Source of the DNA: Paraspadella gotoi | Taxonomy: Eukaryota > Animalia > Chaetognatha | Assembly: GCA_051294375.1 (NCBI GenBank) | Contig: CM119263.1 | Location: 17,880,628-17,944,627 of the forward strand | Direction of reading: 5' to 3' | Length of the DNA stretch: 64,000 bases | Part shown: positions 40,789 through 52,737 of the stretch, one piece after another | How the letters are laid out: each line of letters starts with the position of its first letter | Position numbering within the stretch: the stretch's first letter is position 1 | Program-made: the position numbers and the translations under genes | The notes under the pieces: generated by a model | Seen by the model: the letters and a program-made list of their open reading frames with translations, nothing else | What the model was told of the DNA's origin: nothing | Databases searched by the model: none

Positions 40789-43700
40789 ATGTTGGGAAAA
40801 AGATCAGTTTTTTCTTCTTCTCCTTCAAACTCTTCTAACTTAAAAATCACTTTGAAGAACGACGACGATAACAACAACAACAGCAACGACGCCGCCGCCG
40901 CATTTAGAGAAATGTCTAAGACTCTCGCCCGCCCGGCGATTCGTCCGATGAAGTCCAATGGTGTCGTTGGAGACCAGGCGTCGCTCTCGGCCACAGCCGC
41001 CGCCACCACCTCCGCGCCGGCGTCTGTTGGCCCCCGCAACGGCGCCGCTTCGGACTCGATATCCCCGGCACTCATGTCGGCGTTTAAATTAGGCGCCTCC
41101 GTTGCGACGACGAAGGGAACCGCGACCGTGGCAGAAAAGTAGATTAATCAAGCTTACGAGCTAAATCATTACTTCTACTAAACCAAGAAAAGAAGTCCTC
41201 TAAAAATAATTTCCTCTAATACAGAATAAATATTCTTCTACAGCATCGTCGCCAATCCAAAACGTCCGTCTCTACGACATCGTCGCAGAGTTTCGAAGAG
41301 TCTCAGTCCGAACTTCTTCGGCCGAGAAGATAGAGCGGAATCACCGACTCCCTTGCCGGTGAAAACTTTGCCTTTGCCAAACAGGAAGCGGCCGGCGCCG
41401 GTGACGAAGCGTTTGAGTCTGGAGTCAAAGACGACCTTCGATCCTTTCCAAGTCTTCGAGGTTCATCACAAGAAGGCGCTCATACTCGAGGTAAAGAACA
41501 GTCAATGGGAAAATCAAAAAAATGTGATAACCTCTGTAATATAATCTAATGAAAATTTTAAAGGCGAAGGTTATACGCGGCCGAGGAATCACCAAGGGTT
41601 CTTGGTACGCGGACAAACTCGACACGCCAGACCCATACCTCATTCTTCACATCAAGTCGGGCCCCAATACGCAAAAAAGGACTTCAATCAAAGATAATCA
41701 GATTAATCCGGAATGGAACGAGAAATTCGTCTTTTACCTAGAGTAAAATGGACTAATATTATGAGTGTGCTGTGGTAATGTTTTACGTAATAAAAAAGTT
41801 CGACGGGAGATATGATATGGCAATGGGAGGATTGCCTGTGATATCCGGGGCGCAGGGTATCTCAACAATTAGTGTAGGGACTGCGGACGCTCAGTGACTG
41901 CCTCCGGTCATGGGCATGTTTAAACCGTCACCATCACATTTAAGTCAGAACCGGGTACCCAGGGATTGCAACCGGGACGCACGGTTTTAACGAGATGATT
42001 TAGACTGATTTAGTCATTGAAACGAGGCTGAGGACGGACAGCAGTGAGGCAGCTTTAAGTCGTGCTGCCACAATGTATTCAATGTATCTTTCTGGGATAG
42101 CTGCCAGATTTTCTTTCGGGCTCTTTTCTGTACTGACCGTCTGACACACATCTGATTCCCGTTTGTTTTCTTCAGCGACGCGGACGAAAACATTTTGAAT
42201 CTGACGCTGATGGACTCGAACTCAGTCTTTCCCGACGAAGTCTTAGGCCACGCCTCCTTAGACATCGCAGAACTCAAGGCAAGGAACTTTTAATTTAATC
42301 CTTGGTTACGACTTATAATAATAATAATACTTAATTTAGGTGGGAGCGTCAGAGGTAAGAGCATTCCCATTCGATCAGCAGTGTGCTGTAAGCACATCGA
42401 AATCTCAAGGAAATCAGGCGGTCAATGGTAGTTTCAGCAAAAGCTTCAAGTCCGTCGTGGAAATTGAATTCAGGTTATTTTATATTAAACATATAAAATT
42501 AGCTTAAATTTTTTTAAGAATATCATTAGCATTAGGGTAAAGAAGCTTTTAACTCTAGACAAAAAATTCGTTTTCTCCAGCGCGAATTACAGCAGAGATC
42601 CCGCCTTGAGATACAGCCTTACCTTATGCGACGAAGAAAAGAAATTCCTCAGGTAAATTCACTTGGACGGATCGACAGACTGACAGACGGACGTAGTTTC
42701 TTTCGTCGTTGTCTTCAGGAAACGAAAACTGCGGGTGAAATCCGCCATCGAAAAATTTTTGGGCCTCGAGGATTTAGAGATGAAGTCGCTTCCCAACATT
42801 GCCATTATGGGCTCTGGAGGGGGTTTTCGGGCAATGGTTGCTTTCACCGGAGTGTTGAAAGTGAGTGGCTTTAATTTGAGGGAAAATTTAATTTATAAAG
42901 ATGTTTAAAATACATTGTACATTGTATTGTACAATGTACAAAGTTCAAAATATGTTGATTATTTGCTGAATGGTCATTTATAAATTCTAATCTTTATCTA
43001 AAAATAAAAATGTCGTAATCGGAAATAGCAGCAAAAAATACCAGAGACTCAGAGAGGGAAAAAACTCTTTCTTAAATTAAAATCATTTATTATACGCACA
43101 GTGCAATAAAGCTCAAGAAACTTAGAAACAAAAAAAGTCACTGTCATTGGTATAATATTGTAATCAATCACAACGTATCTAACACAAAGGCTCTCTGTTC
43201 AACTGGAATAATGGACTGCGCGACTTATTTGGCCGGTCTATCCGGTTCTTCTTGGACTCTTTCCAGCCTATATTCCCATCAAAAATGGCCATCCAATGAT
43301 GTCAGCGAATTTCAAGATGAAATGAAAGACAGGATCCAGTACTCTCCATTCAGGTCTTTTTGACATAAAAACTGTTAACGATAATTTATTATTATCGAGC
43401 CATGACCGGCGAAGCCGGTTCAGGCTCTATAATGTTTTAGGTTTGCTTCTTTGTGACGTAGTCGTCGTCGTCGGCGTCGGCGTCGTCGTCGTCGTCGTCA
43501 CGCTGTTTTTATATAAAAACTACTACGCTTTTATAGGTTTGGCTGTAACTTACCGTTTTTTTAAAATAAAAATTATTATGAATTATGATAAAGTTTTACA
43601 AAAGTGTGCGATCATAGTAAGTTAAAAATTTAGATATGGCTTTTCATCTTGAAATAGCTGTGATATTTTCATATTACATTTGGATTTAAGTATTTTTTGT

Positions 43701-44822
43701 TTGAATTTCCACTTCATTATGATTTACTGCAATATGCAAATGAGATTAAAGTACTCATTATAACATCCAAATTAGTATATAGAAATGCTTTAATCTAATT
43801 TACATATTGCAGTATATAATATTGAAGATGAAATTCAAAAAATTTTTTTACAAAATATAATAAAAATGGGAACTCAAAATATCTTTTTAATGAGAAGCTA
43901 TATCTTAATTTTAATACAAATAAAAATAAAATCTTTTACAAGCTGCGATTGGAAAAAATTGGAAAAATTTTTGCCTTTCTTTTATTTCTTTAAATTACAT
44001 ATATATATTTTTCTTTTTTAGAGAAAACGAGTTCAGTCTCTGCAATGTCTGTACAGCGGCCTTCCAGCAGCTGTCCAGCTTTGTTTCTCTCTGTCTGTCT
44101 CTCTCAGTGTCTCTCTCTGTCTCTCTCTCTCTGTCTCTCTCTCTGTCTCTCTCTCTCTGTCTCTCTCTCTCTGTGTGTGTACGATTTTTTGCGTGATCGT
44201 TCGTTTTTTGAAAAATTCTGATTATTTTTTTCCTTCTAAAAACTTTTATTATCACCATTATCCCAAATTTACATCCGAGATTTTCGTGGATTTATTTTAG
44301 AAAAAGTGAAGAATAACTCATACGTCAGAAATTTTACGCTTCTCTCCATTTCTCTCCATCTCTAACATGATTGTTATTAAAGAAAAAAATATATAATAAA
44401 CAAATAGCATATTTAATACAGATTTACATTGCCAGAGGAAATCTTTTCATACTCTGTCCAATGTTGTTGAGCGAAAAATCTTAAATTTTTTTCACAATTT
44501 GAATATGCCGGATTGTATGCTATATGCCGATCATTTTTTTACTGCCTATTTTTGCCGGTTTATGGTTTAACTACCAAACAATGTATCTAGTTATCAAGTT
44601 CCATTAGTGAGGCAGTGATGAATTTGAAATGTGTGTCCATTTTCTTTGTTTCATATCGATTCAAGTATTTTTTGTTTGAATTTCCACTTCATTATAATTT
44701 ACTGCAATATGCTAATTAGATTATAGTACTTACTGCAATATCAAATTAGTATATAGTAAACTATATTTTAATTTGGCAACGAGTAAACGAGTTCCGCCTA
44801 TGCAGCGTCTGTTCAGCTTCTT

Positions 44823-44853
<31 letters not shown>

Positions 44854-45436
44854 TTCTCTCTTTACGATCTCTTGCGTGATCGTTCGTTTTTTGAAAAATT
44901 CTGATTATTTTTTTCCTTCTAAAAACTTTTATTATCGCCATTTATTCCGCGCTTTTTTTTTTCAATACAAAATCCCAAAATTTATATCTGAGATTTTTCG
45001 TGATTTTTTGAGAAAATGTGAAGAATAACTTACTTGACCGTTACGTGTATAATAGGATCAACTTGACCGAGATCACGCCGCCGTTGCGAGGCAACGATAA
45101 CCGATATAATTGGAAAGAAATACGGTTTTTCTTTTTATTTCTCTCTCTCTCTGTCTCTCTCTGATTATTTTTTTCTTCTAAAAACTTTTATTATCACCAT
45201 TTATTCGCGCTTTTTCTCTTTACCTGGATTTTGTGGCCGTTGCGAAGAAACGAGTAAACAATGTCAAGGAACATGACCTAATAACGCGATAACGCGATAT
45301 TATTAGTATTATTTGGAAGTCAAAAATATCATAGTCGTAGACTGAGTATTTTCAACTATATATTTTGTTAATAGGGATTATAATTTTTCAATTGACAAAA
45401 AATTTCTTATATGGCTTCTTTTTCTCTCTCTCTCTC

Positions 45437-45469
<33 letters not shown>

Positions 45470-48400
45470 TTTTTTTTTTTCCTTCTAAAAACTTTTATTA
45501 TCGCCATTTATTCCGCGCTTTTTTCTCAATACAAAATCCCAAATTTACATCCGAGATTTTCGTGGATGTTTTTCCTAAAAATTCTGATTATTCTTTATAT
45601 AAACGAGAGAGACCTAATAATGCGTTTCGTTGGCGGTGAATTACTATCATCGCATCAATGAATAACTATCATCGTATCAATGAATGATTATCATCATATC
45701 AATGAATGACTATCATCGCAAAAATCATTTGATTATCATCACATCAGTCATTTTGTTATCATCGCATCAATTATTGGTTATCATCGCGTCAATATTTGGT
45801 TATCATCGCATCAATATTTGGTTACCATCGAAAGTGGCTCGATCCCTATTGCTTTTAAGATATTTTTTGATTGACTTAACTCACGTTTTTCCAGATTTCT
45901 GAATCCCACCTCCGTCTACCGTCTGATAAACGATGCTTTGGAGAAGCGGCGACGCGGGCAGCCCGTCTCCTTCACTGACGTATTCGGACGAATGATCGGC
46001 GAGACGTTGATGCCCAACGAGCTCGAGAGCACTCTTTCCGGGCAAAGGAGGAAGTTCGAAGACGGGCAGGCGCCGATGCCGCTGTACGCCTGCCTCAACG
46101 TGAAAGAGCAGGAGTCCGCTCTGATTTTTAGGTAAAACCTTTTTTTTTGGTACGTGTGTACAATGTACATTGTGTCTGTATATTTTTTTGGATGGGATTA
46201 AGAATTTACTTTATTCTTTTTTGAAGCGAATGGGTGGAATTTTCGCCCTTCGAAATTGGAATGCCGAAATATGGAACTTTCAAAAAAAGTGAGCTATTTG
46301 GCTCCAAATTATTTATGGGAGAAGTTGTTAACAAATATCCTGAGCAGCCTCTCTACAATTTGATGGTGAGATTTTGTTTAATTAAATTAATTAATGTTTA
46401 CTTATATTTTAATTACATTTTACATATATATTTTTTAAGTTTCTTTAGCTTTTTTTAGTAATAATCTTAATGTATTGAGGACTTTCTGACCCTTTCAGGG
46501 TATTTGGGGTTCTGCGTTTAGCATATTGATCAAACGAGTGATGGAGCAGGACAAAAGCGAAGTTACGATGACCGAGGTTCGCGCCGAAATGGAACAGTAT
46601 ACGAAGGTAATTTAATTGCATGTTAAATGTTTAATTTAGAGAAAGCAAAGTATTTTGAATTTGTAACAACGATTTTTTAATTAAGAGTTGGACATGTTTC
46701 GGCTTGTTTACTTCAAGCCTTCATCAGCATTTTGCTTTCTCTAATATCAATAAACAACGAAAAAGAAAGGATTATCGCAGCATAATGTTTAATTTAAAAA
46801 AAGTTGTACAAAAAAAAATACTTCATTGTTATTCCAATATAATTCTTTGTGAAAAACTATATCTATTGAGGAATCAATTGAGGACAAGCATTTTTGCAAA
46901 TCTAGGAGCAGCTCCTCCCCAACGAAGATATCGACCACGATGACGACGAAGACGACGAAGTGAGCCAAGCATCTACACTCGCTCTTCTCTATCGCAAACG
47001 CCAATCTGAGTTTCTCCAAGAGGGCGCCCTAAAAAACCTAATGGGCGCCTCCTTGTCTGCCGCCTTTGCCGCTAACGCCAACCTCAAAGTGGGCCTCGAA
47101 AAAGAACCCGCAGCGGATAAGACCGAGCCCGCCGTGGAAGCCATGAAGTCGGTCGACTCCGAAACCCAAATAACCGGCGTCTTCGCCAAACAAAACTTCG
47201 CCGATATCGTCACCGCCGTCGCTCTGTTCGACGCGAAGCCTGCCGAAAAAAAATATCCCAAACACAACAGCAGAAAGAAGCGTCGATTGGAACAAAACCA
47301 ACAGCAATACAAGAGACCGTCGTCGGCACCGGAAATGAAGACGACCTCTTCGACGATGGCTCTTTTCAGCGGGGCTTCGATATCGGCGTCGTACTGCGGG
47401 TCCACCAAGGCTGTCGAAAGCACTAGTCCCACTTCGAATGCTTCCAAAAGCCAACCGGGTAACTATTCGACGTCCGCAACCAACCTTAGCAACGGTCGGT
47501 GCTTTGTTAATCCATTCAATTTTGTTTTCCCTCTACCCTCGAGTCTCAGTTTGCGCAGTAATACAAATTTTTGTTAAGTTTTATTAAGAAACTTAAATTT
47601 TGGACATGTTTCGGCTTCAACTTAGAGCCTTCATAAGCGCAAAAATGATTTGTGAAACAAATATTTTTACATTCTCTCTCTCTTCAAACTTCAAAGTCTA
47701 TAAAAATATTTTTAGTTAAAACAAATAATATTGTTGTTATATTTTTTAAACGGTTAGCAATTAGGTTAAAGGTGGTTAAGGATTAGGGGTGGTTAAGGTT
47801 AGGGGTGGTTAAGGTTAGGGGTGGTTAGGGAGATTTCTATACGTCGCTCATAAGAAGCGAAAAACAAATAACCGACTGCAAAATCCCGGTCGGCGAATGT
47901 TAAAATAAGCCAGCCAACCTGCCGCAGATTCGAACGGTGACTCTGGGACGGGAACCTCGACTCCGTCCTACTGGAAAGTCATCATGGAATCTTTGACGTC
48001 ACTTCCGATCTTCGCGAGTCGTCACGGTCGAGCTGGAATGATTCACAATCCTTTGAGAGGTCTCACTCTCAACAAGGTTAGACAGTGAAAAAAGTTTACC
48101 GTCAGAAAGTGAAGTTACGTGCATTTACATTTATGTACGTTCAGAATACGGAAACGGTAAAATTCAGAAAGTTTTATGATGATAATTAATTATTTTCTTT
48201 ACTTCACTTTTTAGCATGGCCATGATAGGGAGAATCCGGAGGTAAAGTGAACGATTTTACGTTCACCTTAGTGCTATTAATACATTTTTATATTCTTGGT
48301 AGAGAGTTGGTGAAAGTTGGTTAAAATAACCAGATTTAAATATAACTCTTTATTGAACATAAAGTCATTTTTTCCTCAGGTTTATCCTTTTTCTCCCTTC

Positions 48401-51400
48401 ACTCCGAGAAAAGAACAAGAAAATCCCTTTACCTTTACAAAAGAACCAGGTTCGAGTATTGAAATTTTTTATTGAGCAACTGTGGACGAACATCAAGAAC
48501 ACGCAACCTCAAACCACATGACCTCACCACGTGTGGACGCAACAAGTTTCAGAGTAAGAATAATTTATTCTTCAACAACGTTATAAACAATAACAGTCAA
48601 AATGCTCAGATGCTAAGTCTATTACAATGGTATTTACAAAGGTCAACGTAAACCAATAAGGTCAACGTTTTGACCATAAATAAGTTGGGGGAATTGAGCG
48701 AGGTAAGTTTGGTAAGGTCATGTGGTTTGACCGAGGTTGCGTGTTCTTCTGATGTTCGTCCACACAACACAAATTCGCCAAAATATATTTCAAGAGAGTA
48801 CGCTGTGTTGAGTTAAAGTAAAAAATAACTGCACCGTATCTACCATGGTGTTTCCAATGTTTTTTATGTGTTTTTTAAAACTTTATATTTTAATTAAAGG
48901 TTTACTGTTTTTACCCTTTCTCCTAGAGCGAAAAGAATTTGAAGAAAGCATATTCGTCCCGACGCCTACCACGCAAAAAAAGCTGTATATGGTTGATGCA
49001 GGTTAGTGGATACTGCGTTAGATGGGAAACAATATCCGGTTGGATGTCACAACGATGTAACAATGTGTTAAATCCTTGTGAAAAACAAACGACAACATAA
49101 TATTGTAGTCATGTAATAATAGCACACTGGGATGACTCTTCAATCTCCGAACCCAATATAGTTCCGGTTTCTAGCCCAGGTCGGAACAGTCCATGCAAAA
49201 AAAAGAGTGACGGGCCGGTTAAACCACCGGTAGCAAGCCCTCTGCCGGATCCGAAGTTCCGGAAAGCAAGTCCCAGACCAAATGGGCACACTAAGTGTGG
49301 GGGTTATACACACACAGAGAGGCAAGGCGACCGTTTCGGTCACTTCAAAATATTTAAAATATGAGAAAAACGGTTAAATCTTACTTTCGCCGACCGCGGT
49401 TTTTAAAAAACTACTTAAAAATATTTCATTTAAAAAAAAAGTATTACTTAATTACTCTAACCCCGATCGGCGAAAGTAAAAGTAACCCAGAAAAGCAATA
49501 ACTGTGCATATATTTTCATCACTTCACCAAATTTTTAGGCCTGGCCTTTAACTCTCCTTACCCTCTCGTTCTCCGTGGTCAACGAGGGATTGATATCATC
49601 TTGTCGTTTGACTTTTCGCGTCGTCCAAAGGAAGAAGGCCCCATCTTCAAGGAGCTCAAGCTCGCCGAAAAATGGGCCAGAGTCAACAACGTTCCCTTTC
49701 CTCCAATTGATGAGACAATTGTGGACCGGGAAGGTCAGAAACGAGTTTTAACGATAAAAATACTTAATATTAACTAATATAAACGTGATATTTAATTTAA
49801 ATCTATTTTGGCCTAAAAAACCGAGACGATTTATAATCACGCGTTGATGTTATCGATATGATAATTTGATTGATAGCTACCATATGTGGGCATTAGAAAA
49901 AGACCAGTCTTCGAAAAAGAGCGCGTTCAGTTTCGTTGTATGCCAAAAATTATATGAAAGACTAGGTTCTAGTTTTTATTGTTTTACTCAATAGGCTTGA
50001 AACCAGTCTACGTTTTTCGTCATCCTACCGACGAATACTGCCCAGTGATACTCCACTTCGTCCTCCTCAACTCGTCCTTCAAGGCTTTCAAGTCACCAGG
50101 AGTCCATCGCGACTTTTCAGATTCAGAAGGTTCTAAGTTGTAAAATATTCTTTCTTACAACTACATTTGATTTAAATACTTCATTATATTCTTTTCATAT
50201 TTGTTTCTTATCTAGACATGGCCAGGGGAAACTTCTCTCTGTTTGAAGGACCACAGGCAGCTGATTTTTCTACGTTCAACTTTCAGTACAGTCGGCTCGC
50301 ATTCGAGAGATTGGCTGGATTGACAGGTAAGTGGACAAGAAAGCCCGAAACTAATTTACATATAACAGGATTTTTTCCGTATATACGCATTACTTGGCAC
50401 ATGCACATCTACGGCGAAAACAACAAAATCAAATTAAACGAATAAAATTGACACACAATTTTTACCGTCTTTACTGCCAGTAGTTCTTTAATTGCGTTTT
50501 TGTTTTTTTTAGTTGAACCACGAGTACTCGCCAGATCAACTAAATGTCTATTGGTCCGTCCGTGCGTCTGTTATTATTTTGAACCGCTCTAATCAGCCCT
50601 TGACAGATAAATGACATACCCAAAGACATCTTTCAGAAACGTTGACACTAGACACGTTATAGTGTCATAAAATACAATATATTTATAATAATACCTTCAT
50701 AAAATTATAAATTTTAAAATAATTTTTTGTAGAATTTTTATTACAGATTCCGATTCTTTATATATAGTTTTACAAAAATATATATTTAAAATTTAATTCA
50801 TGCAGAATACAATACTCTTTGCTGTGTTGACGTCATCAAATCGGAGATCAGCTCAGCAATCAGGGCTCGTCAACGTTCTCCCCGTAGAATATCGCGACAG
50901 TTGATGACCGAAGATGTTGACGCTTTCGCCAAACGGTGGCGTTTATCCAGGTCAATTCTAGAATTACCTTTCCTGGCACTATTTTGATTTCATCATGCCA
51001 TTTTTTTTATAGTTTTTTGCTAATTTAAGCTGATATAACATTTTTAATTATTTATTTTTTCAAGCTCTACCAAAAAAAAACATCTGGAAAAAAAAAATTT
51101 ATAGTAATACGATGTAATCTTTAAATTCTTCCATGTTATTAACTATACATAAAATTTTAAAATTGTTTATAATTGTATTATCTCTCAGGGATACTACCAT
51201 TACCGGCATAATTTAGCATTCGCCGACCTGGGTTAGGGTGGTTTATGGGCGTTTTAAGGTTAGGGTAATTGAGGAAATTTTTTTTTTTTAATAAACATTT
51301 TTAAATAGTTTTTCAAAAAACGCCAAAAATCCCGGTCGGCGGAAATAAAATTTTACCACGTTATCGTCATTACAAAACTCTTAGTTTTTACCTTGTTCCG

Positions 51401-51529
51401 CCTTAGTATATCCTTTGATGCGACATATAATTGATATTTTATTTTCACAGACAAAAAAGCCATGAACTCGAAAAGTTCATCCAAGAAGAAAAATGGGCTG
51501 TTAAGACGGAAGATTCATACGTATCATGA
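40789..51529 (+). CDS. PLA2G4A: Cytosolic phospholipase A2 (group IV, PLA2G4A-like): C2 plus catalytic domain, 20 exons plus 1 candidate microexon
   Basis: Exons 40789-41138, 41244-41490, 41564-41742, 42176-42278, 42340-42473, 42581-42652, 42719-42860, 43190-43353, 45895-46131, 46227-46365, 46499-46606, 46906-47494, 47928-48076, (48215-48241), 48380-48449, 48927-49001, 49539-49733, 49995-50129, 50216-50326, 50806-50949, 51451-51529. Motifs: [27 protein letters not shown] (catalytic Ser), [32 protein letters not shown] (catalytic Asp), [13 protein letters not shown]. Confidence 0.95.
41805..42025 (-). mobile_element. tRNA-derived SINE-like element in cPLA2 intron 3
   Basis: Minus strand reads tgactaaatcagtctaaatc (A-box-like), aaaaccgt, CCCGGTTGCAATCCC (B-box-like), then a body similar to 16340-16520. 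Confidence 0.45.
43390..45600. mobile_element. Composite repeat in cPLA2 intron 8: Helentron-associated-like 5' hairpin, (GTC)n and internal duplications
   Basis: Hairpin gagcc.tgaccggc-gaa-gccggtt.aggctc at ~43398-43437 followed by gtcgtcggcgtc. aagtattttttgtttgaatttccacttcattat occurs twice and ttctaaaaacttttattatc four times. A related inverted copy lies at ~59690-59790. Confidence 0.55.
45640..45830. repeat. Degenerate ~21-bp minisatellite (tatcatcgcatcaat core)
   Basis: About 9 units visible. Confidence 0.85.
46686..46732 (-). ncRNA. Minimal type I hammerhead ribozyme motif with intact core (Penelope/retrozyme type)
   Basis: Minus strand: CTGATGA-A-GGCTTG-aagtaaa-CAAGCC-GAAAC-ATGTC, giving both core boxes, a 6-bp stem II, palindromic ACATGT stem III and a GUC cleavage triplet. 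Stem I is weak. Confidence 0.7.
47580..47700 (-). mobile_element. ~120-bp repeat carrying a mutated hammerhead motif (CTTATGA)
   Basis: Minus strand CTTATGA-A-GGCT..AGCC-GAAACATGTC at 47603-47637. Flanks match 52738-52840. Confidence 0.6.
48481..48764. mobile_element. MITE with ~45-bp TIRs, TGT...ACA termini and 4-bp TSD (CAAC)
   Basis: tgtggacgaacatca.gaacacgcaacctcaaaccacatgacct at 48481-48524 is mirrored at 48715-48764. caac occurs at 48477-48480 and 48765-48768. Confidence 0.8.
49379..49482. mobile_element. MITE family with TIR tttactttcgccgacc.gg (also about 51208-51355 and 56975-57140; single ends at ~47880 and ~52935)
   Basis: Paired ttcgccgaccggg / cccggtcggcgaa ends. Several copies have internal ggttaaggttagg repeats. 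Confidence 0.75.
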
Positions 51530-51879
51530 CTTGAGCATCAATAGCACTTGCTTTTAATTTAACCCTCAGTTTAAAAAAAAATTTTTGCACAATTTAATTG
51601 GGTTCCGATTAGACCAAAAGGGTGTTTGCACTCGATTCTTCGAGGATTAATTCCATTACGTTAATTACTTTACAATATAGATTACTAGGTATTATAGTTT
51701 TGTTTCCGGGTTTTACACGAATTCAACCTTAGCCGACCAAATTCAAATTTTAATGGGAACAGCATTAAAACTAATCCATTATTAGTATTAATTATTGTTT
51801 TAAAATATTTTTTTGCAAAAATGTTCCGAACCATGAGTAATTCGCTAATTAATATTATTATATCGCTATATAATGTCAA

Positions 51880-52300
51880 AAATTTTTTTTGGATATTTTA
51901 AGTTTTTTTATTGATTCTGATAGAGCTTAAAAAGTTAAGCAAAAATATAATTACATCTTTTTAAAATTTTGATGTTTTATTACTAAAAATTAGTAAAAAC
52001 TGCTAAAATCATCGGATGATGATGATGATTTTTTAAGGTTTTTCTTCATTTTAACCCACTTATCATCAAAATATTGAAAAAAGATTTATACTTTGTGTAG
52101 ATAACTTTTCATAAGCTATTTGAATCCGCTTTTAAAAATAAAAAATTCAAAAATTTTTTTTGACATTTCCTATCTATAAATAAATATTAGAAAATTAATT
52201 ACTAATGCTTCTTGCCATTTTAGAAAATTTTGCTCCATTGAAAGTTTTCTCAGAAATGTATGAAGTTTCATTTGGAAAGGTTCCCAAATCAAACTTCTGA
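51880..52300 (+). repeat. Dispersed AT-rich repeat, second copy about 61030-61460
   Basis: Shared attctgatagagc.taaaaagtta, (GAT)n and atactttgtgtaga.aacttt. Confidence 0.75.
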
Positions 52301-52737
52301 CCCACCCCATTGACGAAGTTTGGCTCTAATTCAAGCGCCTTTGTGAGTCACAGAGTCACTGTCTCATCAGTAAAAAGCAAATTGATTTTGGTTTCATTTT
52401 TACCTTAAATACCAAATTGACTATTTAGTTTTGTTTATTGTTGAATTTTAGTTTTATCTGCACGAATTGATTTTAATGATAATTCCCAACTTTTTTTGAT
52501 ATACGCTGATGAGCGGTAATTTTTGTAGTATTGTAGATCTGTAGTATGTCACGACAAAAATTAAAAACATCTCTGAGTTTTAATTTTCTATCAAGGGCTG
52601 AAATGAGCTGGGCTTATCGAAATAAACTGATTTATTGAAATTACAGCAACCTGTTTAATATTTCAAATAAAACTTAAAGACAGAGCCTTTAACTCTACTA
52701 TTTGTCGACCGGAACTAACCTTAGGTACCACAAATTA

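Noticed and set aside
42340-42354. Apparent 15-nt microexon (VGASE) followed by gtaaga
   Set aside because: The following 63 nt are open and in frame, and VRAFPFDQ aligns with human EVPFIFNQ, so it is one exon 42340-42473.
45640-45830. Regularly spaced repeats resembling a CRISPR array
   Set aside because: Degenerate minisatellite without unique spacers in a eukaryotic intron, and no cas genes.
47755-47830. TTAGGG-like repeats as an interstitial telomere
   Set aside because: Degenerate and internal to a MITE family seen elsewhere in the window.
30029-51529. Functional cluster of a phospholipid-binding GPCR and cPLA2
   Set aside because: Adjacency alone is not evidence, and conserved synteny cannot be tested from this window.
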